Shown: positions 1 to 10,273, counted from the stretch's first letter. The stretch is DNA of 64,000 bases from a bacterium (GCA_021781555.1 JAJXWQ010000001.1:7392-71391), one strand, 5' to 3'. Notes: generated by a model from the sequence alone, not told the origin. Translations and numbers: made by a program.

Positions 1-1109
1 AGAATTCCGAATCGCTGGCGGGCAACGTGGGTGAAACGTCGAGCTCCATCGAGCAGATGGTCGCATCGATCCGGCAGGTCGCCGGCAATGCCGATTCCCT
101 GTCGTCGGCGGCCAGTCAGACCGCAGCGAGCATCGAGGAAATGGCAGCCAGCATCCAGGAGGTCGCCAACAACGTCGACATCGCCAACCGCGCCGGCGAA
201 CGGGCCGCCGAGCAGGCCAGGGCCGGGAGCGGTGCCGTCCTGCAGACCATCGACGGCATGGGGCGGATCAGCGAGGTGATGACCGAGGTCGTCTCGGTGA
301 TGCAGAGCCTCGGCAAGGGTTCGGCCGAGATCGGCAACATCATCGAGCTCATCGACGACATCGCCGAGCAGACCAATCTCCTGGCCCTCAACGCCGCGAT
401 CGAGGCGGCACGAGCCGGCGAGCACGGGCGCGGATTCGCGGTGGTGGCGGACGAGGTGCGCAAGCTCGCCGAGCGCTCGGCCGAGGCGACCAAGGATATC
501 GCCAATCTCATCAAGTCGATCCAGAAGGAGACCGGCCAGGCCATCCGCAGCACCCAGATGGGCAGCCAGGCGATCCAGGAAGGATCCAAGCTGGCCGAGA
601 GCGCGGGCGAGGCGCTCGGCGAGATCGTCAACGCCGTGTCCGAGGCCTCGACCCTCATGCTCCAGATCGCCAGCGCCAGCCACGAACAGGAGAGCGCGGC
701 CCGGCAGATCGCCCAGGCCGCCGGCCACATGAACCAGCTGACCCAGCAGGTTTCTGTCGCGACGCGCGAGCAGGCCAAGGGCAGCGAGCAGATCGTCCGC
801 GCCGTCGAGTCGATGAACAAGATGACGCAGTTTGTTTCTCAAGCTACACGGGAACAAAAGAACGGCGGGGAACAGGTCGTCAAGGCCATGGAAGCCATCG
901 GCCGGCTCACCCAGGAAGGCGCCGGCGCCACGGCACAGATCTCCGAGGCCGCTGCCGCCATGCGCTCGCAAGCAGACAGACTCCTGGCTCAGATATCCTT
1001 CTTCAAGCTTGCCGAGCCACCCGCTCAGTCATCCCCGTCGCACACGCCTTCCGAGCTCGCGGCCACGGTGGCCCCGAGTCCGGAGCGTTCCCCGGTCGCG
1101 AGGTCCTGA
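1..1109 (+). CDS. methyl-accepting chemotaxis protein, C-terminal signalling domain (5' end truncated by window edge)
   Basis: Reading frame is open to position 1; canonical MCP signalling-domain motif [34 protein letters not shown] and methylation-helix heptads. Confidence 0.85.
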   Translation, partial: NSESLAGNVGETSSSIEQMVASIRQVAGNADSLSSAASQTAASIEEMAASIQEVANNVDIANRAGERAAEQARAGSGAVLQTIDGMGRISEVMTEVVSVMQSLGKGSAEIGNIIELIDDIAEQTNLLALNAAIEAARAGEHGRGFAVVADEVRKLAERSAEATKDIANLIKSIQKETGQAIRSTQMGSQAIQEGSKLAESAGEALGEIVNAVSEASTLMLQIASASHEQESAARQIAQAAGHMNQLTQQVSVATREQAKGSEQIVRAVESMNKMTQFVSQATREQKNGGEQVVKAMEAIGRLTQEGAGATAQISEAAAAMRSQADRLLAQISFFKLAEPPAQSSPSHTPSELAATVAPSPERSPVARS

Positions 1110-1111
1110 TC

Positions 1112-1624
1112 ATGGAGTCTGAATCCAAAGACCGGCTGCAGCTGGTCAGCTTTTCCCTTAGCACGGAAGAGTACGGCCTCGACATCTCGGCCGTACAGGA
1201 GATCGTCCGCCTCACGGACATCACCAAGGTGCCGCGAGCTCCGCACTTCGTAGAGGGCGTCGTCAACCTGCGGGGCAAGATCGTGCCGGTCATCGATCTG
1301 TGCCGCCGCTTCGGGCTCACGCCCGAGCCTTACGACAAGCGTACGCGTATCATCATCGTGACGGTAGCCGGGCGCACGGTCGGCTTCATCGTCCATGCCG
1401 TCAACGAGGTTCTGCGCATCGCGGCTGACGCGGTGGATCCCACTCCCGAACTCGTATCATCGGATCTGGATTCGACCTTCATCAAGGGCGTGGGCAAGCT
1501 GCCGGATCGCCTCATCATCTTGCTCGATGTCGACCGGATCCTGGATCGGGGCGAGATCGCGGCGCTCGGACTGGGCACCGCTCCACTCGACCCCGAGGCC
1601 CAACGCGCCCGCGCAGCGGTCTAG
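1112..1624 (+). CDS. cheW: chemotaxis coupling protein CheW
   Basis: 170 aa; CheW-like domain (LVSFSLSTEEYGLDISAVQEIVRL...VVNLRGKIVPVIDL); 3 bp after MCP stop. Confidence 0.9.
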   Translation: MESESKDRLQLVSFSLSTEEYGLDISAVQEIVRLTDITKVPRAPHFVEGVVNLRGKIVPVIDLCRRFGLTPEPYDKRTRIIIVTVAGRTVGFIVHAVNEVLRIAADAVDPTPELVSSDLDSTFIKGVGKLPDRLIILLDVDRILDRGEIAALGLGTAPLDPEAQRARAAV

Positions 1625-1656
1625 CGCCTCTATTCGTAGCATCTTCGAGGAACCAC

Positions 1657-2139
1657 ATGGCCCAAGCTACCGGTTTTGATTACCTGCGGGCGTTCGACGA
1701 GGCTGCCGAACGAGTCTTCCAGGAGATCCTGGGCGAGACCCCCGCCAAGGGGCCTCCGGTCGTCAGCGCAGGTCCCACGCAGCTGCAGGCCGTGAACGTC
1801 AACATCGGCATTGCCGGCGCCCTGGCAGGGCACTTCCGCCTGGGAATGGATGATCCCACCGCCAGGGCGCTGGCCGGGGCCATGCTCGGAGAGGACGTCA
1901 CCGAACTTGACGAGATGTCGCTCTCGGCCCTGTGCGAGGTGGCCAACATGATCGCCGGCAGCGCCCGCTCCAGCTTGACACACGAGGGTGCGCTGTCCGA
2001 GATCACTCCGCCGTCGATCCTCCTCGGCCAGGGGCTGAGCGAGTCCTGGTACAACCTGCGGACCGTGTCCGTCCCCCTCACGCTCGGGGCCGGTGTCCTC
2101 TTCCTCACGGTCGGTATCCGTGCCAATTTCAAACCCTAG
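1657..2139 (+). CDS. cheX: CheY-P phosphatase CheX (CheC/CheX family)
   Basis: 160 aa; single CheC-like ExxN motif (LCEVANMIAGSA); size and position between cheW and cheY fit CheX. Confidence 0.7.
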   Translation: MAQATGFDYLRAFDEAAERVFQEILGETPAKGPPVVSAGPTQLQAVNVNIGIAGALAGHFRLGMDDPTARALAGAMLGEDVTELDEMSLSALCEVANMIAGSARSSLTHEGALSEITPPSILLGQGLSESWYNLRTVSVPLTLGAGVLFLTVGIRANFKP

Positions 2140-2184
2140 CGTTTTGAACGGCCCTGCAGCTGCAGCCCTGGTTGGGAGGTCACG

Positions 2185-2547
2185 ATGAGTATCCGTTTAT
2201 TGATTGTGGACGATGCGCCGTTCGTCCGCAGGAGCCTGTCCAAGATCGCCGAGGAGCGCGGCTGGCAGGTCGTGGGCGAGGCGGGCAACGGGAAGGAGGC
2301 CGTCGACCAGTACCTCGCTCTCAAACCCGACATCGTCACGATGGACATCACGATGCCCGAGATGGACGGGATCACCGCCGTCAAGGAGATCATGGGGCGC
2401 GACCCGGCTGCTCGCATCATCATGTGCACGGCCCTCGGCCAGCAGGACATGGTGGTCGAGGCCGTGCGTGCCGGGGCACGGGACTTCATCGTCAAGCCCT
2501 TCAAGAAGGAGCGTGTCTTCGCCGCCATCGAGGGAGTGTTGAAGTGA
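2185..2547 (+). CDS. cheY: chemotaxis response regulator CheY
   Basis: 120 aa stand-alone receiver domain; LLIVDDAPFVRR, phospho-acceptor Asp in TMDITMPEMDG, conserved K in FIVKPF. Confidence 0.9.
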   Translation: MSIRLLIVDDAPFVRRSLSKIAEERGWQVVGEAGNGKEAVDQYLALKPDIVTMDITMPEMDGITAVKEIMGRDPAARIIMCTALGQQDMVVEAVRAGARDFIVKPFKKERVFAAIEGVLK

Positions 2548-2680
2548 GCCGCACCTCAGGCGCTGGGCCCCTGGAAAGACCGTTGCTGCAGCGCCAGGAC
2601 GCGGCTCTGACCCGCAGCCGGAAGAGTTCAAGAGGGGCGACTGCCCGCTCTCGAGCCGCCGCGCGAGCGCAGCAAGGGAG

Positions 2681-4834
2681 TTGCCGGTGAGCGAAGCAGA
2701 GGGCCAGGGCTCGCTTGGCTTCGAACCAGAAGACATCAGGGCATTCCTCGAGGAATCCTGGTCGCACCTCGAAGCCCTGGAGAGCGGCCTCCTGGAGCTC
2801 GAGGAGGCGAGCGGAGCACCGCTCGATCCCGGCCGTATCAACGAGATGTTCCGCGCCGCGCATTCCATCAAGGGGGGTGCCGGACTGCTGGGCAACCGGC
2901 CGATCGGCAACCTCACGCACCACATGGAGAACCTGCTCGGGGCCGTGCGGGCAGGTCGGCAGGACCTGCTCGAGGCGGGCGCGGATGCCCTGTTCGAGGG
3001 CGTGGATGCCTTGCGCACGCTGCTGGTCGAGGTCCAGCACCGCCTGGAAGGCAAGGATCCCGCGCTGCTGCCGCCCTTCGATATCGCTCCCGTCGTGGCA
3101 ACCTTGAGCCAGCTCATGGAAGCCCCGATCGCAGAGGCGGGAGTTGCGATCGACCTGCCTTTCGACCTCGACGCCCAGCTCGGGGCCGCCCTGGGACCGG
3201 CGGCTCGGCATGCGCTCACCGACATCGAAGGCAAGTATCTCTACGAGCTGGATCTAGAGCTTGTCGGCTGTCGGCGCGGGGAGGAGGGGCTCGATCATCC
3301 TGTCCTCGAGAAGCTGACCAACCTTGGCACCGTGCTCGCGATGATTCCGCCCGATGCGGGAGCCGCCGACGGGCCTTTCACCTTCGAAGCCCGCGCCCTG
3401 TTCCTGACGAGTGCCGAGCCACCCCTGCTCCAGCTCTTGCTGCCTGGCAATGAAGTTCGTTTCGCCGTGGTTCCTGTCGATAAGCCCGAAGCCGAAGAAC
3501 TGGAGGCCGTCGTGCCCGCACCTCCGGTCGCCGCGGCAAGCCCGACGGCCGCAAGCGAAACACCCGCCGAAGGCACCCGCCCGGTTGCTGCCGGTGCGGC
3601 CCAGGGCAAGGGCCATTCCGGGCCCCACAGCGTGCGCGTCGACGTCGAGCGACTGGACCTGTTGATGGACGTGGTGGGCGAGCTCGTGATCAGCAACACC
3701 CGCCTCAATCGCATCGGTTCGGAGCTCGGGCGGCGCTTCGAGCGCGATCCCCTCGTGGGCACGCTGAATGACGCCATGGCGCACATTGCCCGGCTGGTCG
3801 GCGATCTCCAGGACAACGTCATGCGCGTGCGCATGATCCCGGTCGAGCGCGTCTTCTCCAAGTTCCCCCGCCTGATTCGCGATCTGGCCAAGCGCCTCGA
3901 GAAGGAGATCCGGCTCGACATCTTCGGCCAGGATACCGAGCTCGACAAGACCGTCGTCGAAGAGCTGGAGGATCCCCTCGTCCACCTGCTGCGCAATGCG
4001 GCCGACCACGGGGTCGAGGTCCCCGAGATCCGCACCGAGCAGGGCAAGCCTCGGATCGGCACCATCACGCTCGAGGCCCACCGCGAGGGCAGCTACATCG
4101 TCATCACCGTGGCGGACGACGGGGCGGGGATCGATCCCGCCCGGATCCTTGCCAAGGCTCGAACCCTGGGCCTGGTCGCCCATGACTCCAATCTCGACGA
4201 AGCCGAAATCCTTCAACTCATCTTCCTTCCGGGGTTCAGCACCGCCGCCAAGGTGACCGATGTCTCCGGCCGTGGGGTCGGGATGGACGTCGTGAGCCAG
4301 AACATCCGCAAGCTCAAGGGCAAGGTGGAGGTCGTGTCCAGCGTGGGGCAGGGCACCAAGTTCATCGTCAAGCTTCCGCTGACCCTGGCGATCACCCGCG
4401 CCCTTCTCGTCGCTTCCGGAGGCAGCGTCTTCGCCATCCCGCTCGACGCCGTCCGCGAGAGCATTCGGGTCTCGCCGTCGCAGATCCGGACGATCCAGCG
4501 CCGGGAGGTGATCCCGCTGCGGGACGAGGTCTTGCCCCTGTTGCACCTCGCGGAGGTCTTCAGACCGGCGGAGCCGCTCGAGCCGGCACAGGGCCTCCGG
4601 CCCGTCGTGGTGGTAGGCGGGGCCCGCAAACAGCTCGGGCTGGTCGTGGACTCGATCGAAGGGGAGCAGGACGTCGTGATCAAGCCGCTGGGATCGTACC
4701 TGGGCCAGATCGCGGGGATCGCAGGTGCCACGATCCTAGGTGACGGCCGCGTTTCGCTGATCCTGGACATCGCGACGCTCATCGACGAGGGCGATAAAAA
4801 AGGGCTCGAGCTGGCTCGCAAGACCGAGGCCTAG
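2681..4834 (+). CDS. cheA: chemotaxis histidine kinase CheA
   Basis: 717 aa; Hpt motif FRAAHSIKGGAGLLG, HATPase_c (ITVADDGAGID), C-terminal CheW-like domain. Confidence 0.92.
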   Translation: MPVSEAEGQGSLGFEPEDIRAFLEESWSHLEALESGLLELEEASGAPLDPGRINEMFRAAHSIKGGAGLLGNRPIGNLTHHMENLLGAVRAGRQDLLEAGADALFEGVDALRTLLVEVQHRLEGKDPALLPPFDIAPVVATLSQLMEAPIAEAGVAIDLPFDLDAQLGAALGPAARHALTDIEGKYLYELDLELVGCRRGEEGLDHPVLEKLTNLGTVLAMIPPDAGAADGPFTFEARALFLTSAEPPLLQLLLPGNEVRFAVVPVDKPEAEELEAVVPAPPVAAASPTAASETPAEGTRPVAAGAAQGKGHSGPHSVRVDVERLDLLMDVVGELVISNTRLNRIGSELGRRFERDPLVGTLNDAMAHIARLVGDLQDNVMRVRMIPVERVFSKFPRLIRDLAKRLEKEIRLDIFGQDTELDKTVVEELEDPLVHLLRNAADHGVEVPEIRTEQGKPRIGTITLEAHREGSYIVITVADDGAGIDPARILAKARTLGLVAHDSNLDEAEILQLIFLPGFSTAAKVTDVSGRGVGMDVVSQNIRKLKGKVEVVSSVGQGTKFIVKLPLTLAITRALLVASGGSVFAIPLDAVRESIRVSPSQIRTIQRREVIPLRDEVLPLLHLAEVFRPAEPLEPAQGLRPVVVVGGARKQLGLVVDSIEGEQDVVIKPLGSYLGQIAGIAGATILGDGRVSLILDIATLIDEGDKKGLELARKTEA

Positions 4835-4837
4835 GAC

Positions 4838-5797
4838 GTGGCGCCCCTATCCGTCACCCAGGGCGAGCTCCTGCAGCTCAAGGACCTCGTGCAGAGCTAC
4901 TGTGGCATCCGGGTCGAGGAGAGCAAGCTCGAGTTCCTCCAGGATCGGCTCGCCCCTGTCATCGCGGCGCAGGGTTTGAGCTCTCTTGGCGAGCTCTGCC
5001 AGCTGTTGCTGCGCGAGATCGCCTTCGGGAAAGACCTGGTCTGGAATACCGTCTTGCCGCTGGTCACGATCAACGAGACCTACTTCTTCCGCGAGCTGGG
5101 GCAGCTCCACGAGTTTCGAGATCGCGTGGTTCCGGCGCTCCTTGGTACCAAGTCCAGCCGCCAGCTCCGGATCCTCAGCGCCCCATGCTCGTCGGGCGAG
5201 GAGCCCTATACCCTGGCGATGTTGCTCGACGAGGCCCCGGTATCGCTGGCTGGCTGGTCCGTCGAGATCCTCGGCATCGATATCGATCCCGAAGCCATCG
5301 GCAAGGCTCGCACCGCCTTTTACCCGCATTCCGCCTTCCGAGCCACGGAGGAGCGCTACCGCGCCAAGTACTTCGCGCCGAAGGACGGCGGCCATCAGGT
5401 CGTACCGACCCTCGCGGGCAAGGCGCGCTTCATGCAGGCCAACCTCCTGGACCTTCCCAAGGATCGGGCGCTCGAGGGCTTCGACGTCATCTTTTCCCGC
5501 AACATGCTGATATACTTCGACAAGGCTACGCAAAGACGCGTCGTCGATCAGTTCCACCGGATGCTCAATCCCGGGGGGTACCTCTTTCTGGGGCACTCGG
5601 AGTCCCTGATGGGCTTTGACGTCGACTTCAAGCTCAAGGTGGCCAGCGAAGCCATCTACTACGAGAAGCCGATCCCGCAGGGCCCGACCTCGACTTCACC
5701 GCTGTCCTCCAGGGGAACCTCCCCCCTGCGGGCTCCGGGCACCTCTCCCCTGGCAGGTCCAGGATCAGCGCCACTACCTACTCGCGGTTCCATCTGA
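4838..5797 (+). CDS. cheR: chemotaxis protein methyltransferase CheR
   Basis: 319 aa; CheR N-terminal helical plus SAM-methyltransferase domain (ETYFFRE..., ILSAPCSSGEEPYTLAMLL, FSRNMLIYFD). Confidence 0.88.
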   Translation: MAPLSVTQGELLQLKDLVQSYCGIRVEESKLEFLQDRLAPVIAAQGLSSLGELCQLLLREIAFGKDLVWNTVLPLVTINETYFFRELGQLHEFRDRVVPALLGTKSSRQLRILSAPCSSGEEPYTLAMLLDEAPVSLAGWSVEILGIDIDPEAIGKARTAFYPHSAFRATEERYRAKYFAPKDGGHQVVPTLAGKARFMQANLLDLPKDRALEGFDVIFSRNMLIYFDKATQRRVVDQFHRMLNPGGYLFLGHSESLMGFDVDFKLKVASEAIYYEKPIPQGPTSTSPLSSRGTSPLRAPGTSPLAGPGSAPLPTRGSI

Positions 5798-6879
5798 TGC
5801 ACCATCCGATCCGAGTTCTCGTCGTCGACGATTCGCCATTCATGCGCCGGGCCATCACCCGGATGATCTCGTCGGACGCGGAATTCGAGGTGGTCGGATA
5901 CGGCGCTACCGGCCAGGATGCGCTGGACCGGGTGGCGGAGTTATCGCCGGATGTCGTGACGCTCGACATCGAGATGCCGGTGATGGATGGCTTGACGGCC
6001 CTGCGGCAGCTGCACCAACGGACCCACGTTCCGGTCATCATGATGAGCACGCTGACCCAGGCCGGAGCCCACGCGACGTTCGAGGCGCTCGAGGCAGGGG
6101 CCTTCGATTTCGTCCCCAAGCCACAGGATTCGATGCTGGATGTCTTCGGCGTCGCGCAGGAGCTAAGAGCCAAGCTCAAGGCCGCGGCAACCGGAACCGC
6201 TCTGCGCAGGCCGCCGCTGCCCGATCCGCCGGCCACCCGGCCGGACCTACGTAGGGCGGCATCGGGCGATCTGGGGCTCGCCGTCGATCTCGTGGCCGTC
6301 GGCATCTCGACCGGCGGACCGCGGGCGCTGCAGACCCTGATGTCCAGGATGCCCGCCGATTTCCCGGTCGGGATGATCATCGTGCAGCACATGCCGCCGG
6401 GGTTCACGCGTCCGCTCGCCCAGCGCCTCGACGATCTCTCGCCCATGACCGTCCGGGAGGCCGAGGCGGGTGATATCGTGTCTCCGGGAGTGGCGCTCAT
6501 CGCCCCGGCCGGCAGGCACCTGGTGCTCAAGCATGCGGCCGCCGGTCATCGGGTCGAGCTGCTGGACGACGTCGGCACGCGCACGTGGCACAAGCCCTCG
6601 GTGGACGTGACGATGGCCTCGGTCGCGCTGGCCTGTGGACCGCACGCTCTTGGCCTGATCATGACCGGGATGGGCAACGACGGCACGTCGGGCGCCAAGG
6701 CGATGAAGGATGCCGGGGCGACGATCTGGGCACAGGACGAGGCGACCAGCGTCGTGTATGGCATGCCGCGATCGGTTGCCGAGGCCGGCCTCGTCGATCG
6801 AGTCCTCGGGCTGGAGAGCATCCCCTTGGAGCTTGCCCGCGTCCGGCGTCACGGCGTCAGCCCGGCAACCTCACACTGA
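5797..6879 (+). CDS. cheB: protein-glutamate methylesterase/response regulator CheB
   Basis: 360 aa; N-terminal receiver (VLVVDDSPFMRR...DIEMPVMDG) plus methylesterase domain (VAVGISTGGPRAL, catalytic His region VQHMPPGFT); start overlaps cheR stop. Confidence 0.9.
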   Translation: MHHPIRVLVVDDSPFMRRAITRMISSDAEFEVVGYGATGQDALDRVAELSPDVVTLDIEMPVMDGLTALRQLHQRTHVPVIMMSTLTQAGAHATFEALEAGAFDFVPKPQDSMLDVFGVAQELRAKLKAAATGTALRRPPLPDPPATRPDLRRAASGDLGLAVDLVAVGISTGGPRALQTLMSRMPADFPVGMIIVQHMPPGFTRPLAQRLDDLSPMTVREAEAGDIVSPGVALIAPAGRHLVLKHAAAGHRVELLDDVGTRTWHKPSVDVTMASVALACGPHALGLIMTGMGNDGTSGAKAMKDAGATIWAQDEATSVVYGMPRSVAEAGLVDRVLGLESIPLELARVRRHGVSPATSH

Positions 6880-6907
6880 AGGGATTTCGCTTCGGGGCGC
6901 TCGGGCG

Positions 6908-7927
6908 TCAGTCCTGGACGTCGAGGTCGGCCTTGCCGACCCCTGCCGGCGCGAGCCGGCCGTCGGCCAGAGAAAGCATCATCAGCGCTGCGCGATGCTG
7001 CGAGGGTCGAGCCGTGTCGGAGCGCACCGCCGTGCCGATCACTGCCATCACGAGGTTGTGGTGCTCGCGCTCGTAGACCCCGCCCTCGCCGCCCGACAGC
7101 CTCACCTCGTCCAGCCGGTGCGAGATCCGGACACCCACCACGCCAGAGGCGCGAACGGCCTGGGCCCGCTTCTTCACCGCCATCATGGCCCGGATACGCG
7201 CCTGCCCGAGGGCCTGGCTCCAGTGGCCCAGCTCGGTATTGCTCCAGGACCTGACCGCGAACTCGTCGACTTGCGTCGTCAGCACGAACCAGGCCGAGTG
7301 CCCCCAGACCAGATCGACCGGATCGTAGCCGGCGCGATGCAGGGCCCACCATTCCTCGACCGAGAGGTCGCAGAGCCACGGACGGGCGGGAGCCGGTGCG
7401 GGGCCCTCGACGGCCGTGCCGATGACCGTGACCTCGATGGTCTGTTCGGTCCACTCGTGCCGGATCAAGCCCACGCGGACGCCGACGACACCGTGCGCCC
7501 CCAGGAGCCGGGCCTCCTGCTCCACGCGCCTGACCGCAAGGTCCATCGCGTTGTCGTAGGCCTGCGAAAGGACGGTGACCTCGCAGTCGCCGACGCTCGA
7601 GGCATAAGGCTGTCCCACGTGGTACATCGCACTACCGGCGACGAGCCCCCGGGCGCGATAGCCGTTTTGCCGCAACAGACCGAGTTCGGACGGGGAAAGA
7701 TCGCTGGTGAAGAGCGCCATGGGATCCTGCGCCTGCTCGGTGAGCCGTTTGCGGGCCATCACGGGGATGCCCCCGTGCGCAAGGGCCTGGAGGTCCTCGG
7801 CCTGGCGTGCGAGCTCGGCCTCGCGATTGGCGCTTGCCAGGCGCTGGAGCTCGGCCCGCTGGCGCGCTGCCTCCTGGCGGTCAGCCTTGTCGACTGCCGC
7901 GGCGCGGCCGAAGGACCACCATCGCAT
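6908..7927 (-). CDS. double YbjQ/DUF74 (UPF0145, putative heavy-metal-binding) domain protein with coiled-coil N-terminus
   Basis: Internal ATG immediately after the stop of the upstream paralogue; two repeats of the motif FTSDLS...G(Y)...A(HG)VVGVR...V(I)GTAV typical of YbjQ-family domains. Confidence 0.6.
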   Translation of the reverse strand: MRWWSFGRAAAVDKADRQEAARQRAELQRLASANREAELARQAEDLQALAHGGIPVMARKRLTEQAQDPMALFTSDLSPSELGLLRQNGYRARGLVAGSAMYHVGQPYASSVGDCEVTVLSQAYDNAMDLAVRRVEQEARLLGAHGVVGVRVGLIRHEWTEQTIEVTVIGTAVEGPAPAPARPWLCDLSVEEWWALHRAGYDPVDLVWGHSAWFVLTTQVDEFAVRSWSNTELGHWSQALGQARIRAMMAVKKRAQAVRASGVVGVRISHRLDEVRLSGGEGGVYEREHHNLVMAVIGTAVRSDTARPSQHRAALMMLSLADGRLAPAGVGKADLDVQD

Positions 7928-7929
7928 CG

Positions 7930-8691
7930 CTAGTCCGCCAGCGGCAGGACCAGCGTCGGCGGCTCGATGACGTGGTCGGAACGGATCTCTTCGACCGCAG
8001 TGCCGACGGCGAAGAACTCGATGACGTGCGGACCCCAGGTATGCGAGCCTTCTTGGATGTCCGCACCGACGATCCCCTTGGCCCCGAGCCGCTCGGCCTC
8101 CTTTTGCATACGTTCCATGGCAAGCTCCCGGCTGTCGTAGAGTGCCTGGGTGTACTGGGTCAGCTCGGTGTTCTGCCCGAAGGTCCGCATGAAGCCAGCC
8201 AGGCCCAGGCGCGCCACGTGATAGACGCAGTTGCCCATCACCATGCCGAGCGGGCGGTAGCCGCTCTTGAGCAGGATGTAGAAGTCCTGACCCGAAAGGT
8301 CCGAGGTGAAGGGGCGGCCCTCCTTGTTCTTGAACCGGTGCGGGTCGTCGCGATGCACCACCGCGGTTCCGATGGCGACGAACTCGGCGACGTGCTGGCC
8401 CCACTCCTTGTGATTGACCTCGAGGCGAACCCCCACGATGCCGTCGGCACCGAGCGCGTGGGCTTCTTCCTCCATGCGGGTCATCGCAAGCTCGCGGGCG
8501 TGATACATGGCCTGCGTCAGCACGGTCATCTCCTGGTTCTGGGACCAGGCGGCCTGCTGGAATCCGACGTGGTAGATCGAGCTTCCGACGACCAGTCCGA
8601 TCGGGTCGAATCCGGCTTCCTTGACCAGGAGGAATTCGCTGGTCGACAGGTCGCTCGTGAAAAGTCGATGGGCTTCGTCCCGGCCGCGCAT
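7930..8691 (-). CDS. double YbjQ/DUF74 (UPF0145) domain protein, paralogue of 6908-7927
   Basis: Two YbjQ-like repeats (FTSDLSTSEFLLVKEAGFDPIGLVVG...ADGIVGVRLEV...AIGTAV and FTSDLSGQDFYILLKSGYRPLGMVMG...AKGIVGADIQ...AVGTAV). Start set at the first ATG after a low-complexity N-terminus; the ORF is open to 8979. Confidence 0.6.
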   Translation of the reverse strand: MRGRDEAHRLFTSDLSTSEFLLVKEAGFDPIGLVVGSSIYHVGFQQAAWSQNQEMTVLTQAMYHARELAMTRMEEEAHALGADGIVGVRLEVNHKEWGQHVAEFVAIGTAVVHRDDPHRFKNKEGRPFTSDLSGQDFYILLKSGYRPLGMVMGNCVYHVARLGLAGFMRTFGQNTELTQYTQALYDSRELAMERMQKEAERLGAKGIVGADIQEGSHTWGPHVIEFFAVGTAVEEIRSDHVIEPPTLVLPLAD

Positions 8692-8929
8692 CTCGACCAG
8701 GCGTTCCTGGGCGTGGGATGGTAGCGCGGCAAAATCCTTGTCGCTAGAGTCCACTGGGTCTCCTCTTTGCGTGCCGTGGCCGGGCGCTCCAGGCTTGCAG
8801 ATGGACCAGGCGCTTGTCAAGGTGATTGCAAAGCCGCAAAGCCGCGACGGCCTTCCTGAATTCACCCCGGCGGCGCCGCCGTTGCCGTCGTATCCGACCA
8901 ACACGCCCGGCGGTGGGTATAACCCCGCA

Positions 8930-10273
8930 ATGGGCGAGAACACCGCCGCCGCCAAGGTCGGATTCTTGACGGTCACCACGCTCGTGCTGGCCGCGGTCGC
9001 GGGCGCGTGGCTCGTGCGCCTGTCCCCGAGGCCCCACGGCTACCAGCTGGATCTCCTGTATCACGACGTCAACGGACTGGTCCCGGATGCACCGGTGATG
9101 CTGATGGGCGTCCGCGTCGGGCGGGTGCTGACGGTGACTCCCACGGAACGGATGGTCGTGGTCAAGGCCCAGATTTCGCACGCCACCACGCGCATTTTCC
9201 GGGGTTCGGCGTTCAAGATCTATTCGCAGGGACTCATCGGCGATATGGCGGTCGAGATCTTTCCCCCCGCCTCACCTTCGGCGGATTTCTATCAGGGTGG
9301 CGACTTCGTGGCTGGCCAGGATCCAGCTCGTCTCGAGACGACCTTCGAGGCAGCCAGGCACGCTGTCAAGGTCCTGCAGAGCTACGTGGAGTCGCCCGAG
9401 ACCCAGAAGAGCTTCAAGGAGGGGCTCAAGAGCCTCAAGACCGCGTTTGCCAACATCGAGACGCTGGCCAACCACCTGAACGACCTCAGCATCACGGCGG
9501 ATCGCCTGGTGGGCCACAGCGCCGACCTGGCCGACCAGATCCACGACACCGACGTTCGCCGGATGGTCACGGATCTCGAGTTCCTGACCCATGGACTGCG
9601 GCAAAGCTACCAGGCTCTGCTCGGCACGCCCGGCAAACGTAATTCCGCCCAGGAGGCGATGGACAACCTGGCCGAGCTGTCGAGCCGGCTCGACCACGTC
9701 GCGAGTCAAGTCGACGCCTTCACCTCGGACCCCAAGCTCAAGGCCAACCTCGAAGATATCGTGGCCCAGAGCAAGGAGCTCCTGTCCAGCCTGCACGGAC
9801 CCGCCAATCGCACCTCGCCCGCCTTCTCGCCTCGTCTCGAGATCCTCGGGTTGAGCCAGACCGACGCCGAGCAGAACCCGGCCCAGCTCGACACGCTGAC
9901 CGCCAATCTGGGCCTTCGCCTGGGCGTCGGAGACACGGCCTTCGTTGCCGGGGCCGAGGAAGTCGGCCAGAACACCCTCTTCGACTTTACCTGGGGGATG
10001 CCGGACTTCTTCGCCCGTGGCACGGGATTCCACCTCGGCCTCATCCGCTCCAAGATGGGACTGGGGGTCGATTACAAGCCCTTCGCCGGAGCCCACCTGT
10101 CGGCCGAGCTCTTCGATCCCGTGCGAACAGAGTTCCGGTTGTCGGCTCTCCTCTTCCCGGCCTTCCTGGCCCACCATTACGGCCTCGACGTCGAGTGGAT
10201 CCAGTCGCTGCAGCGCAACGCACCGGCGTACTCGAGCGCCCGCGTCGGCATCCAGTGGCGGCCCTTCAACTGA
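8930..10273 (+). CDS. MlaD/Mce-domain protein with N-terminal TM helix and long C-terminal helical extension
   Basis: TM (FLTVTTLVLAAVAGAWLV) followed by MlaD domain (YHDVNGLVPDAPVMLMGVRVGRVLTV...FKIYSQGLIG), then about 300 aa helical region. Alternative ATG at 8801. Confidence 0.7.
   Translation: MGENTAAAKVGFLTVTTLVLAAVAGAWLVRLSPRPHGYQLDLLYHDVNGLVPDAPVMLMGVRVGRVLTVTPTERMVVVKAQISHATTRIFRGSAFKIYSQGLIGDMAVEIFPPASPSADFYQGGDFVAGQDPARLETTFEAARHAVKVLQSYVESPETQKSFKEGLKSLKTAFANIETLANHLNDLSITADRLVGHSADLADQIHDTDVRRMVTDLEFLTHGLRQSYQALLGTPGKRNSAQEAMDNLAELSSRLDHVASQVDAFTSDPKLKANLEDIVAQSKELLSSLHGPANRTSPAFSPRLEILGLSQTDAEQNPAQLDTLTANLGLRLGVGDTAFVAGAEEVGQNTLFDFTWGMPDFFARGTGFHLGLIRSKMGLGVDYKPFAGAHLSAELFDPVRTEFRLSALLFPAFLAHHYGLDVEWIQSLQRNAPAYSSARVGIQWRPFN

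Noticed and set aside
2-7. EcoRI site GAATTC at the very start of the window as evidence of a cloning junction
   Set aside because: The MCP reading frame continues cleanly through it. A single 6-bp site is expected by chance and carries no biological meaning.
7928-8404. 5' extension of ORF 6908-8404 overlapping the upstream DUF74 gene by 475 bp
   Set aside because: The extension translates to Arg/Gly-rich low complexity. An in-frame ATG at 7927 lies 2 bp after the upstream stop (7930-7932), and the protein from there begins with a coiled-coil leader homologous to that of the neighbouring paralogue.
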